From positions 91,771-155,770 of the forward strand of contig CAVRJL010000015.1 of assembly GCA_963721525.1 (NCBI GenBank): a DNA stretch of 64,000 bases, written 5' to 3'. Source of the stretch: an uncultured Negativicutes bacterium (GTDB lineage: Bacteria > Bacillota > Negativicutes > JBAXTZ01). The notes beneath the pieces were generated by a model. The model saw only the letters and a program-made list of their open reading frames with translations, searched no databases and was not told where the DNA came from. The position numbers and the translations under genes were made by a program. Numbering within the stretch: the stretch's first letter is position 1; every line of letters begins with the position of its first letter. Below are positions 45,374 to 56,315 of this stretch, one piece after another.

Positions 45374-45797
45374 TTAAATTCGGGGATTATCTGAAGAATA
45401 CTTTCTTTTCAATTCATCCACTGAAAAAGCTGAAGATTGTCCTATAATTTTTTTCTGTACAGAAGTACGCCCCAAAGAAAAAACGTATATTTCTAAAGCG
45501 ACTTCGTTTACATATCCACCTGCAAATGTTCTTGCCCCATCTAAAAAATCGTATATCCTTGCTTATTTTCTTCACTTAAGTTTTTTAAATTAATTAAAAT
45601 ACAACTATTCTTTTTTAATTCAGTAATAAGCGAATTTGCTTCATTGAAATCCATAGGCATCTCTATTTTTATTTGTATTCGTTCGTAATTTTCTTTTTCT
45701 TGCTCATAAAATATTCTTTTTCTTTTTTATCCGTTAATTCTTCATTTTTTTCTTCTATTGGAAATATCCAATTTTTAATAGATTTAAAAATTCCCAT
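45374..45797 (-). pseudogene. sepF: Cell division protein SepF, frameshifted (at least 2 frameshifts)
   Basis: The reverse complement gives MGIFKSIKNWIFPIEEKNEELTDKKEKEYF..., then after a shift ...IKIEMPMDFNEANSLITELKKNSCILINLKNLSEENKQGYTIF, then after a second shift at the A6/T6 run 45543-45548 ...LDGARTFAGGYVNEVALEIYVFSLGRTSVQ.... Each segment matches the conserved SepF core, but in three different frames. Confidence 0.6.
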
Positions 45798-46599
45798 ATA
45801 TTGCTCCTTAATATATTTTATACATACATTACCTTACTTGACATTTTATGAGCTTTTCCCAATCGTGGAATAATAATATTATTTTTGTCCTGAATACAGT
45901 TCTTTATACTTGATATCTCATAAATATTATGCTATTTTTTCTTTCAGACATTTATGTTTTAAATAGTATAAAATTCTGCTACCATCTCGTGCCGCTTGAA
46001 AATATTATCATTGTCGGCTGTAATAATTAATTAATTATTTTATCTTTTATTTTATCTTTTTCAACAGTACAAGTATACTTAACTTAGCTTATAAACTGTT
46101 CAACTCTTTTTTATTTAAATCTTCATCAAAATTTAAATATAAGGTCGCAAAATAACAGCAGTTACTATTCCTAACGAATTATTATTCTCTCAACAGGTAT
46201 GGTAGATATTGTATTCCCTTTATTTAATCTTGTTAAATATATAATATATTGCCTAAGTTATACTTGCAGCAACTGCATGATAATACAATCTTACCTTTAT
46301 AATAGTTTCATTATACAGTTTGAACCAATAAAATTTTTTTATTAAATTCTTCGTGTTTGTTCAATCTAAAAGATAAATTTTATAGATTATATTCCGACGT
46401 ATATAATGTTATAACAATTATATAGTATATATTTTTTAGTAAATCCTCCAATAATAATTCAGGGAACAACATAGTGATCAATATATAATGTGCATGAGAA
46501 TAAAATCAAGTTCCTTAGCTTAAATAAAAATCTTCTATTATATAATATCTTCACTATGACTAAGTACTTGAAATAAACCACAATAACAAACTTTTAATG

Positions 46600-47528
46600 A
46601 ATTTTTCGACTTTTGTATTTTCCATAACCATAATTTCTGGCTCATTTGTACTTTAGACCTTTTAAAGATTATTTTTGTATATAGATAATCAATGAATACA
46701 TCATTTGTAGAAGTCAATACCTTTATTTACAATAATCCGCATGTTTCATGGAACCTTAGGTCCTCCGATAGAATAACCTTTTAATCGACTTCTATCATAG
46801 TTCTAATAAATGTTCCTACTGGTCTTTTAAATATAGAACCTGCGCTAGGATAATTTACAGGCTGTTTTTCTTTTCTACGATTATTAAGTTCATAGATAAC
46901 AGCTAATATTTTATCTTTACTCCCTCTATTTAATTCAAACTCAATGCTTAGTATTATTCTTTGTTTTGAAAAATACTTTTACGATAACCGAATAAAATTT
47001 CATTTTTAGTATAAATTTTTATGTTTCCATTTCTTGTAATCACTGTAACAGTATCTATATTGTCTTTTATCTCGCCATTATAGGCTCCCGCATTCATATA
47101 AACAGCTCCACCTAAACTTCCTGGAATACCGCAGACAAACTCTAACCCTGTAATCCTTGTTTAGCCGTAAACAACGATACGTTTTTTAATGCGACCCCAC
47201 AATACGATTTTATTCTATTTCCCCCTAACAGTTTAATAGTATTAAAAATACCTTTAGATAATTTTATTACAAATCCCTCTAACCCCGTATCGCTAACTAA
47301 AATATTCGAACCCTCACCTATTATAAAAAAAGGTATGTTGTTTTCATTTGCAAAAAAAATAATATTTCTTAATTCTTCAATTGAACTAGGAAATAAAAAA
47401 CATTCGGCCGGACCACCTAGTTTAAAAGAAGTATATTTCCATAACGGCTCGTTAAAAAAAATATTTTTTACAGGCAGCATAACTTTTATTTTATTGCGCA
47501 GACTTTGATTGAGTTTTTTCGTCTTCAA
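46600..47528 (-). pseudogene. murB: UDP-N-acetylenolpyruvoylglucosamine reductase MurB, badly degraded
   Basis: The 128-aa ORF 47142-47528 is the MurB FAD-binding N-terminus. Downstream, in shifting frames, read ...[63 protein letters not shown] / [58 protein letters not shown] / LKGYSIGGPKV / IIVNKG / TSTNDVFIDYL / EPEIMVMEN. There are at least four 1-nt indels plus an in-frame stop. Confidence 0.75.
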
Positions 47529-47534
47529 ACAAAC

Positions 47535-47870
47535 TCATTCTTCTTTGGCTGTATTTCCTACAATTCTATAAAGATCTTGAATTATAACTTCAAATTTCAT
47601 TACAGCTGCCAAATAGTCTTTTGCTTTATTATTTAAGTTTATTATTTCATAAAGTTTATTAATTTCTTCAGTTTTTGCCTTCTGGTCTTCCTTTTTACCG
47701 GATAAAGCGGATACTTGTAAATCTGTCTGTTTTTTAAAAAAATCTTTAACCATTGTTTTTGCCGTTTCATCCTCGCCTAAATTTTCTTTTGCTTTATTTA
47801 AAGCTATAAATTCTTCACAGTTTTTTAGTGCAAAAGAAAATTTATGAATTTCATTATAAATATTACTCAT
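47535..47870 (-). CDS. YheA/YmcA/YlbF-family protein (UPF0342)
   Basis: 111 aa, helical, pattern similar to B. subtilis YheA (…KNCEEFIALNKAKENL…KDYLAAVMKFEVIIQDLYRIV). Confidence 0.55.
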   Translation of the reverse strand: MSNIYNEIHKFSFALKNCEEFIALNKAKENLGEDETAKTMVKDFFKKQTDLQVSALSGKKEDQKAKTEEINKLYEIINLNNKAKDYLAAVMKFEVIIQDLYRIVGNTAKEE

Positions 47871-48059
47871 ATCTCATACCTCTATTTGTTAAGATGCTAA
47901 ATTAGCAAGTTTATAAAAATATTTTACCATAAATAAATAAACTAAAATAGTAATTATTTCCACTTTTCAATAAGGATATAAAATTTTATTTTTTTAAAAG
48001 TTTTCGAAATACTAAAAGCGCTTTTGATATTAACCAAAAGCGCCTAAATAAAATTTTAA

Positions 48060-48135
48060 TGGTGACTCACGATGGATTCGAACCATCGACACCCTGATTA
48101 AAAGTCAGGTGCTCTACCAACTGAGCTAGTGAGTC
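48060..48135 (-). tRNA. tRNA-Lys (anticodon TTT)
   Basis: The reverse complement has a GACTCAC/GTGAGTC acceptor, a CTTTTAA anticodon loop, a GGTTCGAATCC T-arm and a 3' CCA. Confidence 0.85.
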
Positions 48136-48142
48136 AATAATG

Positions 48143-48218
48143 TGGCAGGGGCGGCTGGACTCGAACCAACGCATGCGGGAGTCAAAGTCCCGTGCCTTAC
48201 CGACTTGGCTACGCCCCT
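48143..48218 (-). tRNA. tRNA-Gln (anticodon TTG)
   Basis: The reverse complement has an AGGGGCG acceptor, a CTTTGAC anticodon loop, a GGTTCGAGTCC T-arm and a 3' CCA. Confidence 0.8.
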
Positions 48219-48239
48219 AAAATAAATGAAAAAGCTAAC

Positions 48240-48316
48240 TGGGGTGACTGAAGGGGTTCGAACCCTCGAATAACGGAGCCACAATCCGCCGTGTTAACCA
48301 CTTCACCACAGCCACC
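48240..48316 (-). tRNA. tRNA-His (anticodon GTG), with the characteristic extra 5' G(-1) paired to discriminator C
   Basis: The reverse complement reads G-GTGGCTG...TTGTGGC anticodon loop...GGTTCGAACCC...CAGTCAC-C-CCA. Confidence 0.85.
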
Positions 48317-48415
48317 ACCTATAACAACCGCCATTTTAACATTTATTAATATGAAAGTCAATGAAAAAATAAGTGAAAGATAAAAATTAAAACAAAAAAA
48401 TACAATTATTTTGTT

Positions 48416-48598
48416 TTAATTTTCTTGAATTGGTATAACTGCTTTACCATTATAATTTCCACATCCTGCACATACAGTATGCGACATTTTTGGTTTATGA
48501 CATTGTGGGCAATTAATAATATTAGGTAAATCTAACTTCCAGTTAGCACGGCGTCTATCTCTACGTGCTTTTGATGTTTTTCTTTTCGGTACTGCCAA
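48416..48598 (-). CDS. rpmF: 50S ribosomal protein L32
   Basis: 60 aa, MAVPKRKTSKARRDRRRA... with a CxxC...CxxC zinc ribbon. Confidence 0.9.
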   Translation of the reverse strand: MAVPKRKTSKARRDRRRANWKLDLPNIINCPQCHKPKMSHTVCAGCGNYNGKAVIPIQEN

Positions 48599-48883
48599 TG
48601 TATAATGCCTCCTTATAATGTGTTAGAAAAATATTTATAAACTTATTTTTTTAATAAATCTTCTATTTTAACAGACCCAATAACAATTTACGCACAACAT
48701 TAAGCCGTCAATTTTTTCAGCTATTTAATTATTCAAATGCAGACAAATATTTTTTGTCATATCTTCTAAAAAACCTAATCAGATATATCAACAATTATTA
48801 TTTTTTGTACAACAAAAAAATTATATTCATTATTTAACGAAAAGTCAAATTAATGTTTATTTTTACTAAAAGTTGTTTCTCCA

Positions 48884-49669
48884 TTAATTTTTCTTTATAC
48901 GTCTTGCCATTTCTTGCGCAATATAAGAAGCAACCTCATCCGCAAAACTGTTAGCCCCAAATCCAGCATCATAACCTAATTCTTTAGCTAATTCGTGAGA
49001 TATGCGAGGGCCTCCACAAATCAATATAACTTTATCTCGCAATTCTTCAGCTTCAAGTAATTCTACAAGCTCTGTCATATTCTGAATATGCACATCTTTT
49101 TGTGTAACAATTTGTGACACCAATAACACATCTGCTTTTATCTCCCCCGCTTTGATAATAAATTCTTCGTTAGAAACTTGACTTCCCATATTTAAAGCCT
49201 CAAACATTTCATAACGTTCTAAGCCATAATGACCTGCAAATCCTTTCATATTCATAATAGCATCTATACCGACAGTATGAGCATCTGTCCCAGTGCTAGC
49301 GCCAACAACAACAATTTTTTTACCAATATTTTCTTTAATAAACGTGTTCGTTTCTTCCATACTCCATATTGCAGATTGCATTTTAACAACCTGTATGTGA
49401 GTATAATCAACAGTTTGAGAAGATTCTCCATATCCTATAAAAAAAGTAAACCCGGGAGTTAATTCTTTATAATGAGTTATTTCCGGATTTTCCAAACCAA
49501 GTTTTTTCATCAGTTTTTTTGCAGCTTCAATGGCTTTATCTTCACAAGAAACAGGCAAAGTAAAAGATATTTGAACTTTACCGTCGTTCATAGTATCTCC
49601 GTAAGGTTTTATTGCTTTAAAATTCAGTGTTCTATCTAAATTGTTGGTTTTTATTGTATAACTGCTCAT
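48884..49669 (-). CDS. kamE: Lysine 5,6-aminomutase beta subunit (B12-binding)
   Basis: 261 aa with the cobalamin-binding DxHxxG motif (GTDAHTVGID). Its start overlaps the kamD stop by 4 nt. Confidence 0.85.
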   Translation of the reverse strand: MSSYTIKTNNLDRTLNFKAIKPYGDTMNDGKVQISFTLPVSCEDKAIEAAKKLMKKLGLENPEITHYKELTPGFTFFIGYGESSQTVDYTHIQVVKMQSAIWSMEETNTFIKENIGKKIVVVGASTGTDAHTVGIDAIMNMKGFAGHYGLERYEMFEALNMGSQVSNEEFIIKAGEIKADVLLVSQIVTQKDVHIQNMTELVELLEAEELRDKVILICGGPRISHELAKELGYDAGFGANSFADEVASYIAQEMARRIKKN

Positions 49670-51222
49670 TTATACCTCCCTGACATTTTTGGAATAAATA
49701 AATTAAAATAATTTCCCCCTTTTTGCGTTACTCCATCTAAACCTTTACCACTTGTTCTCATACGCTTTACATCACCAAATATTCCCTTTTCCAACGCAGC
49801 AAATAAACTTTCCTCAGCAATACGGTCAAGTAACTCAACAGCTTCGTCTAATACTTTGTGAGCACGTTTTTGAATTATTCCGTCTTTTTTGAATTCGATT
49901 TCATCTCCGATGTTTTTCATATTATTAAATATGTATTTAGCATTCTCAATTGATAAAAACCTATCAGACATAAAGGGCGTATGTATGGCCTCAGTTAACA
50001 TACCTAAAAGCTGTATTCCCTGTTTTGTCCAAATAGATACAATATTAAATAGAGCATCTTGAATATGCCCTTTAAAAATATTTCCTGTCATAAATTTGGT
50101 AGGGGGCATATATTTAAGCGGTGCTTTAGGAAATATTTCTCTTATCATCTGTGCTTGCGCTAATTCAAATAAAAAACCGTTTTCCATATTAGGATCAATC
50201 TCAAAAGCATGTCCTAACCCCATTTGTTCTTGAGGAATACCTGCTAATAGTGCTAACTGTTCATTGATAAAATCTGAAGCCAAAACGGTAAATCCTTGCT
50301 CTACCGCATCAGCAGTAGTCAAATAATTATCTTCACCTGTGTTTATAATTACCCCGGCAAAACCATTTATGATTCTACTAAAAAATTGGTCTATTAATGT
50401 ACGCTGCATATTTATATCTCGAAAAAGTATACCGTATAAAGCGTCGTTTAACATTACATCTAGTCGTTCTAAAGCTCCAATAGCCGCTATTTCCGGCATA
50501 CAAAGCCCTGAACAATAATTTACTAAACGAACATATTTACCTATTTCTATGCTTACTTCGTCAAGTGCCATACGCATAATTCTAAAATTTTCTTGTGTAG
50601 CAAAAGTTCCGCCAAAACCTTCTATAGTAGCTCCGTAAGGGACAGCATCCAGTAAACTTTGTCCGGTAGATCTAATAATTGCGACTATATCGGCACCCTG
50701 TCTAGCTGCTGCTTTCGCTTGTACAACATCTTCATAAATGTTTCCTGTGGCTACTATTACGTAGATATAAGGTTTGGTCCCTTCCCCCAATTGATTTAAA
50801 TATTCATCTCGTTTTTTTCTATTGGCTTCTATTTTTTCAATTGTTTTATCAATTATAGGGACTACTGCCATTTTTATCTTTTTTATCGTGGCTATTGGCA
50901 TCATTGCTAAATTAATTTCTTTATTAGCAATTTTTTCGGCAATTTGCTGAGGAGAAAATTTTGTTTGCGCTAGTACATTACCAAGATAAAACATAGCTCC
51001 TTCACTTAAAACACCGTTTGTTTTCAAATGATCAACAACAATGTTAGGAAGAGGAACATCATTTCTATCTACTCCATCAATGCCCATTAACCTGCATATG
51101 GTTCTTTCTACTGTCACTGTTGTATATTTTTCAACAAATAATTGTACATCCGAAGCTATTTTTGCTGCCTTATTTCGCGCATAATTTACTTTCGAAAAAT
51201 CAAGTCCTATTTTACTTTGCAT
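49666..51222 (-). CDS. kamD: Lysine 5,6-aminomutase alpha subunit (PLP-binding TIM barrel)
   Basis: 518 aa, matching KamD/OraS-type aminomutase large subunits in length and pattern. It is translationally coupled to kamE. Confidence 0.85.
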   Translation of the reverse strand: MQSKIGLDFSKVNYARNKAAKIASDVQLFVEKYTTVTVERTICRLMGIDGVDRNDVPLPNIVVDHLKTNGVLSEGAMFYLGNVLAQTKFSPQQIAEKIANKEINLAMMPIATIKKIKMAVVPIIDKTIEKIEANRKKRDEYLNQLGEGTKPYIYVIVATGNIYEDVVQAKAAARQGADIVAIIRSTGQSLLDAVPYGATIEGFGGTFATQENFRIMRMALDEVSIEIGKYVRLVNYCSGLCMPEIAAIGALERLDVMLNDALYGILFRDINMQRTLIDQFFSRIINGFAGVIINTGEDNYLTTADAVEQGFTVLASDFINEQLALLAGIPQEQMGLGHAFEIDPNMENGFLFELAQAQMIREIFPKAPLKYMPPTKFMTGNIFKGHIQDALFNIVSIWTKQGIQLLGMLTEAIHTPFMSDRFLSIENAKYIFNNMKNIGDEIEFKKDGIIQKRAHKVLDEAVELLDRIAEESLFAALEKGIFGDVKRMRTSGKGLDGVTQKGGNYFNLFIPKMSGRYK

Positions 51223-52604
51223 TTTTGCTCCTCCTGTAATATTTTTCTTGCTTTGTGTATAATTTTATTTGATACACCTATAATTTCTGCTATTGTCAAT
51301 GCTTCTTCCGGTATTTCTTCATTATTTTGCGGTATAATGGAATAATCAATCAAATCGCTTAAATCCTTTTCCCCTATTCTTAATTTTTTAAATAATTCTT
51401 TTTTCAATCCTTTTACTCGTAATCTCTTTATTTTTTTCAAATTTAATCCCGGATAATGAGTAGTTATTAACGAAATAGAATCACTATTAGCCAAAATTTG
51501 CAATACTGAAGCTAAAATAGCTTTTCCTTCGGAAGGATTTGTTGTCCTCGCTACTTCATCAAGCAAAATTAATGCCTTTTTATTGCTATTTGCAAAATTA
51601 ACTGCCTTATCAACATATAAAATTTCCGCAGCATAAGAACTTAATCCATGTTGAATAGACTGTAAATCTCCACATAATAAAAATATTTCCTCAACTATAT
51701 GTAATTTTGCTTTTTGTGCAGGTACAAAGAAACCGCTTTGGAACATTACTTGGGCTAATGCTATTGATTTTAACAATACTGTTTTACCTGACATATTAGC
51801 ACCTGTTAAAATTGTTACACCATTATACAAATTTATATCAACTTCTTGAAAATTTTTTCCTTTTTTTTCCAAGTAAAATCGTATCTCTGGATTGAATAAT
51901 TTATAAAATTCTATACCCTTATCTGCAATTATCGGCTTATGTAGCCCAAATTGAATAGCCTGCAATGCTTTTGCCATCTCAATATCTAAAATTGCCGCTT
52001 TTTCCTGCCCATCTAATAATTTTTTAACATATATTTTTAATTCTTTGCTCAATTTTCGGCGTACTTGATACTCTAATTCATCAATTTGCGCCTGTATTAG
52101 CATTAGACTTTTCTTTTCAATTGTATTTTGTTTTTTAAATCGCGCTTTTTTCAATTGCGGTAAATAAGAATCGTAGATATAAAAACTCGGTATCCTATTT
52201 CTATCCGGATCAAGTAAATTAAGTGCATTTAAAAAATCATTTGAGGCAAAATCAGGTAAATTGTTTAATAAATTCATTCTCAAATCATTTGCGACAAAAA
52301 TAAAATTTTTTATTTCAAAAAATTCTATATCATCTAAAACGAAATTGCTTTCTAATTTTTCTAAAATTCCGCCTATATCTTTTACACGCGATAAATTATG
52401 TCTTATGATATTAAATATTTCTTTATTAGCAAGTAAAAAATTATATACTTTTTCAGTTATGTCAAATTTTGCCATTATTTTGCTTTTATTTTGCTCAAAA
52501 CATAATAATCTTATTTTTTTTCTGCCAAGAGAAGTAAGAATGTCCAAATTTTCTAATATATAATTAATACCTGTAAAAGAATAATGTTTTAAACATTTTT
52601 TCAA
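51207..52604 (-). CDS. MutS-family ATPase paralogue lacking mismatch-binding/connector domains
   Basis: 465 aa with MutS core/clamp-like and domain V ATPase: Walker A GANMSGKT, ABC signature region, Walker B LLDEVARTT, H-loop TTHY. It overlaps kamD by 16 nt and the upstream P-loop gene by 4 nt. Confidence 0.75.
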   Translation of the reverse strand: MKKCLKHYSFTGINYILENLDILTSLGRKKIRLLCFEQNKSKIMAKFDITEKVYNFLLANKEIFNIIRHNLSRVKDIGGILEKLESNFVLDDIEFFEIKNFIFVANDLRMNLLNNLPDFASNDFLNALNLLDPDRNRIPSFYIYDSYLPQLKKARFKKQNTIEKKSLMLIQAQIDELEYQVRRKLSKELKIYVKKLLDGQEKAAILDIEMAKALQAIQFGLHKPIIADKGIEFYKLFNPEIRFYLEKKGKNFQEVDINLYNGVTILTGANMSGKTVLLKSIALAQVMFQSGFFVPAQKAKLHIVEEIFLLCGDLQSIQHGLSSYAAEILYVDKAVNFANSNKKALILLDEVARTTNPSEGKAILASVLQILANSDSISLITTHYPGLNLKKIKRLRVKGLKKELFKKLRIGEKDLSDLIDYSIIPQNNEEIPEEALTIAEIIGVSNKIIHKARKILQEEQKCKVK

Positions 52605-53611
52605 TTTTTACTATCCTTTACATTTATTACAGGAATATTTATGTACTTTTTTAAAGTGTAAATTATTTTTTCTGTATTTATATTATACCCTGTAGGCGAA
52701 TAAGGATTTACAGTAATAGCCAGCAATTTTGCATTTTTAATAACTTTTATATTTCCGCCTATATCTATATAACGATTATATACTTCAGATGTAAAAAATA
52801 TTTTAGTAAAATCGCGTATAACTAATTTAACAGCAATTTTTTGCAAAATCAATTCATTTAAAAATTTATTTGTAACGCCGCCTGCTATAAAAATCGCTTC
52901 AGCTTCTTCTATTAATTTAATATATTGTTTGTCTATTTGTATCGCAGTTTGTATAGGCACTTTTTCAAGTTTATCTTTTACGATCCTCCAAACACCTTCC
53001 AAGCAATTTGCAAAAAATTTCTGATATTTAGAAGAAGTCTTTTCTAATTGCGCCATTTTTGTAATATGTACAGTTTTTTTTATTAGTTCTTTTAAATTTA
53101 GAGATAAAGCTAATCCTGTTGCAATAATCAAACTGTCAGTGACTATTGGTGAACCAGAGCTTAATCTAAATAAAGCTCCGTCTACCAATACCAATTTAGC
53201 GCCCAGTACCTTTAGCTGTTCAATACAATCTTTTACCCACTTTACACTAGGGGGTCCACTTAGTATTATTTTGCCTTTCTCCAACGCTTTAGCAAATATT
53301 AACCTACCAAGAGCAGTACGTTTATCAGTTATACAAAGTATTTCGGAAAGGAACTTTTTTTGACTATAATGCTTTTCTGAACTTAAAAATAACATATCCT
53401 TATAAATAATAATTTCCGGTTTTTTTGTTTTTGTTACTTGATCAACTGTTTCTCCATCTATACCTATGGAAGTTAAGGCAATAGTTTTACCTGAGCTTTT
53501 CAACTTATCTATAAGCCAATTAAAAGTTACTGTTTTTCCAGCATTCTTTTGCATTCCTACTATAGCAATACTTTTTATGTGGTCATCTATTTCTATGTTA
53601 TTAATTATCAT
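52601..53611 (-). CDS. P-loop NTPase of unknown function
   Basis: 336 aa with Walker A GMQKNAGKT near the N-terminus. It is translationally coupled (4-nt overlap) to the MutS-like gene within the lysine fermentation operon. Confidence 0.55.
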   Translation of the reverse strand: MIINNIEIDDHIKSIAIVGMQKNAGKTVTFNWLIDKLKSSGKTIALTSIGIDGETVDQVTKTKKPEIIIYKDMLFLSSEKHYSQKKFLSEILCITDKRTALGRLIFAKALEKGKIILSGPPSVKWVKDCIEQLKVLGAKLVLVDGALFRLSSGSPIVTDSLIIATGLALSLNLKELIKKTVHITKMAQLEKTSSKYQKFFANCLEGVWRIVKDKLEKVPIQTAIQIDKQYIKLIEEAEAIFIAGGVTNKFLNELILQKIAVKLVIRDFTKIFFTSEVYNRYIDIGGNIKVIKNAKLLAITVNPYSPTGYNINTEKIIYTLKKYINIPVINVKDSKN

Positions 53612-54004
53612 TTATTTATCCTAATCAGTACGTAAAAGAACAATTAAAAAAGTACTCCTTGAAATAGAAAGGTATCCATATAGATAAAATTTTGCAGAGT
53701 TAAAATTATTCTTGCTATTAAAAGAATTCTGTTTATTTAAATGCTAACAAATTTTATTATCGCTATAAGTGTTATGTTCCTATTCATTACTCTGCCTGAT
53801 ATTAACGAACTTCTAGTTTTTTTAATATAACTAAAAACATCAACTTATAAAGTATCTATTTTACATATTTTATCGACAAATTTATTTATATAAACCTACT
53901 ATTAATTAAACATAAAACATATAAAAATAATTCAAACTAAAAATTACTTTAAATTATTTTTATATAATATATTTTTTAAAAAACCCTTTTTATTTTATAC
54001 ATTT

Positions 54005-55267
54005 TTAACGTTTTTTACTACGCATTTTTCTTTCTAAATATTCAGGTTCTAAACTTATACGATTATTTCCAAGTAATAAAGCTGCTACACCGCTTATACT
54101 ATATTTGCTACGGTATTCGCTATCATCAACATCAGTATCAATATATTCAGGTTCATGATATGTTGTTATAACACCTTCATAGTTTCGCAATACTATAGTA
54201 CCCGCATTTTGTGAAAGCAAATATTGAGGCATTACCCTTATTTTACCTCCTCCTCCAGGAGCATCTACAACAAAACTAGGTATACAATACCCCGATGTAT
54301 GTCCTATGAGAGCCTCCATAATTGCTATTCCTTTAGACACTGCTGTTCTAAAATGACCTATCCCTTTTGACATATCGCATTGATATATATAATAAGGACG
54401 AACTCTATTTTTTGTAAGCTCATGTACTAACTCCATCATTATATAAGCACTATCATTCACGCCTCTCAATAATACCGTCTGATTACCTAAAGGAATACCT
54501 GCATCTGCTAATTTAGAGCATGCTTCTCTGGCAGCAGAAGTTATTTCTTTCGGATGATTAAAATGAGTATTTAACCAAACAGGATGATATTTTTTTAGCA
54601 CTTTTATCAAGTTGTTTGTAATTCTTTGTGGCATTACTACAGGAGTACGACTTCCTATTCTCACTATTTCCACATGCTTAATCTTTCTTAATTCGGTAAA
54701 AATATAATCCAAAAAATCGTCGCTTTGTAATAGCGCATCTCCACCTGATATAAGCACATCCCTTATTTGGAGAGTATTGCGTATATATTCAATAGATTTT
54801 TCTATATCATCTTTAGTCCGGCCTGTGTCATACTGTCCTACATTTCTACGACGTGTACAATGCCGGCAATACATGGAACATTGGTCTGTTATATAAAAAA
54901 GTATTCTATCTGGATAGCGATGAGTTATGCAAGGTGCAGGATGGTCTGTATCTTCATGTAAAGGATCATCCATATCCCACATTGAGCCTTCTAATTCTTT
55001 TACTGTCGGAACTGCTTGACGTCGAATAGGACATTTTGGATTATTTGCATCCATTAAACTTGCATAATAAGGAGTTATTGCCATTCTTAATGTTTTAAGA
55101 CAATTTTTTATTCCTTCCTCTTCTTCTCTTGTAAGGTTAATAACTTTTTTTAAATTTTCTACTGTTGTAATACGATTTTTAACTTGCCAATGCCAATCAT
55201 TCCAATCGTTTTCAGTAACACTTGACCAAAGAGGAATTTTTTTATAGTTTTTCATTTTTCTTTTCAT
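54005..55267 (-). CDS. kamA: Lysine 2,3-aminomutase (radical SAM)
   Basis: 420 aa with the radical-SAM cluster motif [11 protein letters not shown] and the KamA family pattern (PxRIT..., lysine-binding region). Confidence 0.9.
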   Translation of the reverse strand: MKRKMKNYKKIPLWSSVTENDWNDWHWQVKNRITTVENLKKVINLTREEEEGIKNCLKTLRMAITPYYASLMDANNPKCPIRRQAVPTVKELEGSMWDMDDPLHEDTDHPAPCITHRYPDRILFYITDQCSMYCRHCTRRRNVGQYDTGRTKDDIEKSIEYIRNTLQIRDVLISGGDALLQSDDFLDYIFTELRKIKHVEIVRIGSRTPVVMPQRITNNLIKVLKKYHPVWLNTHFNHPKEITSAAREACSKLADAGIPLGNQTVLLRGVNDSAYIMMELVHELTKNRVRPYYIYQCDMSKGIGHFRTAVSKGIAIMEALIGHTSGYCIPSFVVDAPGGGGKIRVMPQYLLSQNAGTIVLRNYEGVITTYHEPEYIDTDVDDSEYRSKYSISGVAALLLGNNRISLEPEYLERKMRSKKR

Positions 55268-55275
55268 CCTCCATA

Positions 55276-56310
55276 TTATAAATAAAGTTTTTCGAAAAGT
55301 TCTCTAATTGATTTTGACTCACGCATAATATTAATAGCAAGGTCAGCATGTCCTTTTGTATAACCATTACCGATTAACATATCAAGATCCTTACCAACTC
55401 CTTCAGCTCCTAAAGCTGCTTTAGTAAAAGATGTAGCCATAGAAAAAAAATAAAGCGTCCCATTATCTTTAGTTATTAAAACTGAGCTTGTTTCAGTATC
55501 AGGAATATTAACATTGTTTATTACAATATCGCAAAGCTGATTATCAGTAATTTTTTGTATTTTTTCATAGATATCTATAGATTTTGTCGCATCTGCTGTT
55601 ATTACTTCATGCGCCAAATGTAAATCAATTAAACGTTGCGCGTTATATTTATTATACTCAATAACAATTACTTTTCCTGTTTTACCTATGCTTTTCATTG
55701 CCTGATAAGAACATAATATGCCTGATTTGCCGCCTCCTCCTATTACACAAACAGTATCGCCTTCTTTTACTAATTTTGCCGTTTGTGCAGGAGCACCAGC
55801 TACGTCTAAGACTGCTAAAGCAAGCTTTTCAGGAATATCTTGAGGTAATTTTGCATATATACCGCTCGCAAATAATATTGCCTGCCCCTCAATGTCCACT
55901 TGATCATTTTCGATATTTACTTTATTTATTTTATTTACTTTTAAAGGAGTTAAAGATAAAGAAACAAGCGTGGCAATCTTATCTCCTACTTTTATTTTTT
56001 TATCAGGAAATTCTGGTCCGATTTTTTTAATAACTCCAATTAACATTCCTCCAGAACCAGTAACTGGATTTTGCATTTTACCATGCTGAGCAATTATTTC
56101 TTGAATCATTTGATCCATTTTATTAACGCTTTTGTTGCACACATCTTTGATTTGTGTAAAGCTTGCCGAGTCTATATTAAGAGTCGTTACATCTATAAGT
56201 ATCTCGTTATCATAAATTTCCATTGTATTTTCAATTTTTTTTGCTACCTGAGGTAAAACTCCAATTGGTTCTATTACTCTATGAGTTCCATATTTACAAC
56301 CTTTTTTCAT
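55276..56310 (-). CDS. kdd: L-erythro-3,5-diaminohexanoate dehydrogenase
   Basis: 344 aa with a Rossmann fold (VIGGGGKSG), in the position and size expected for Kdd between kce and kamA. Confidence 0.75.
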   Translation of the reverse strand: MKKGCKYGTHRVIEPIGVLPQVAKKIENTMEIYDNEILIDVTTLNIDSASFTQIKDVCNKSVNKMDQMIQEIIAQHGKMQNPVTGSGGMLIGVIKKIGPEFPDKKIKVGDKIATLVSLSLTPLKVNKINKVNIENDQVDIEGQAILFASGIYAKLPQDIPEKLALAVLDVAGAPAQTAKLVKEGDTVCVIGGGGKSGILCSYQAMKSIGKTGKVIVIEYNKYNAQRLIDLHLAHEVITADATKSIDIYEKIQKITDNQLCDIVINNVNIPDTETSSVLITKDNGTLYFFSMATSFTKAALGAEGVGKDLDMLIGNGYTKGHADLAINIMRESKSIRELFEKLYL

Positions 56311-56315
56311 TTTTT

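Noticed and set aside
51207-52604. MutS-like ORF as the mismatch-repair mutS or mutS2
   Set aside because: It lacks the N-terminal mismatch-binding and connector domains and the C-terminal Smr domain. It is translationally coupled to kamD, so it more likely works with the lysine pathway than in DNA repair.
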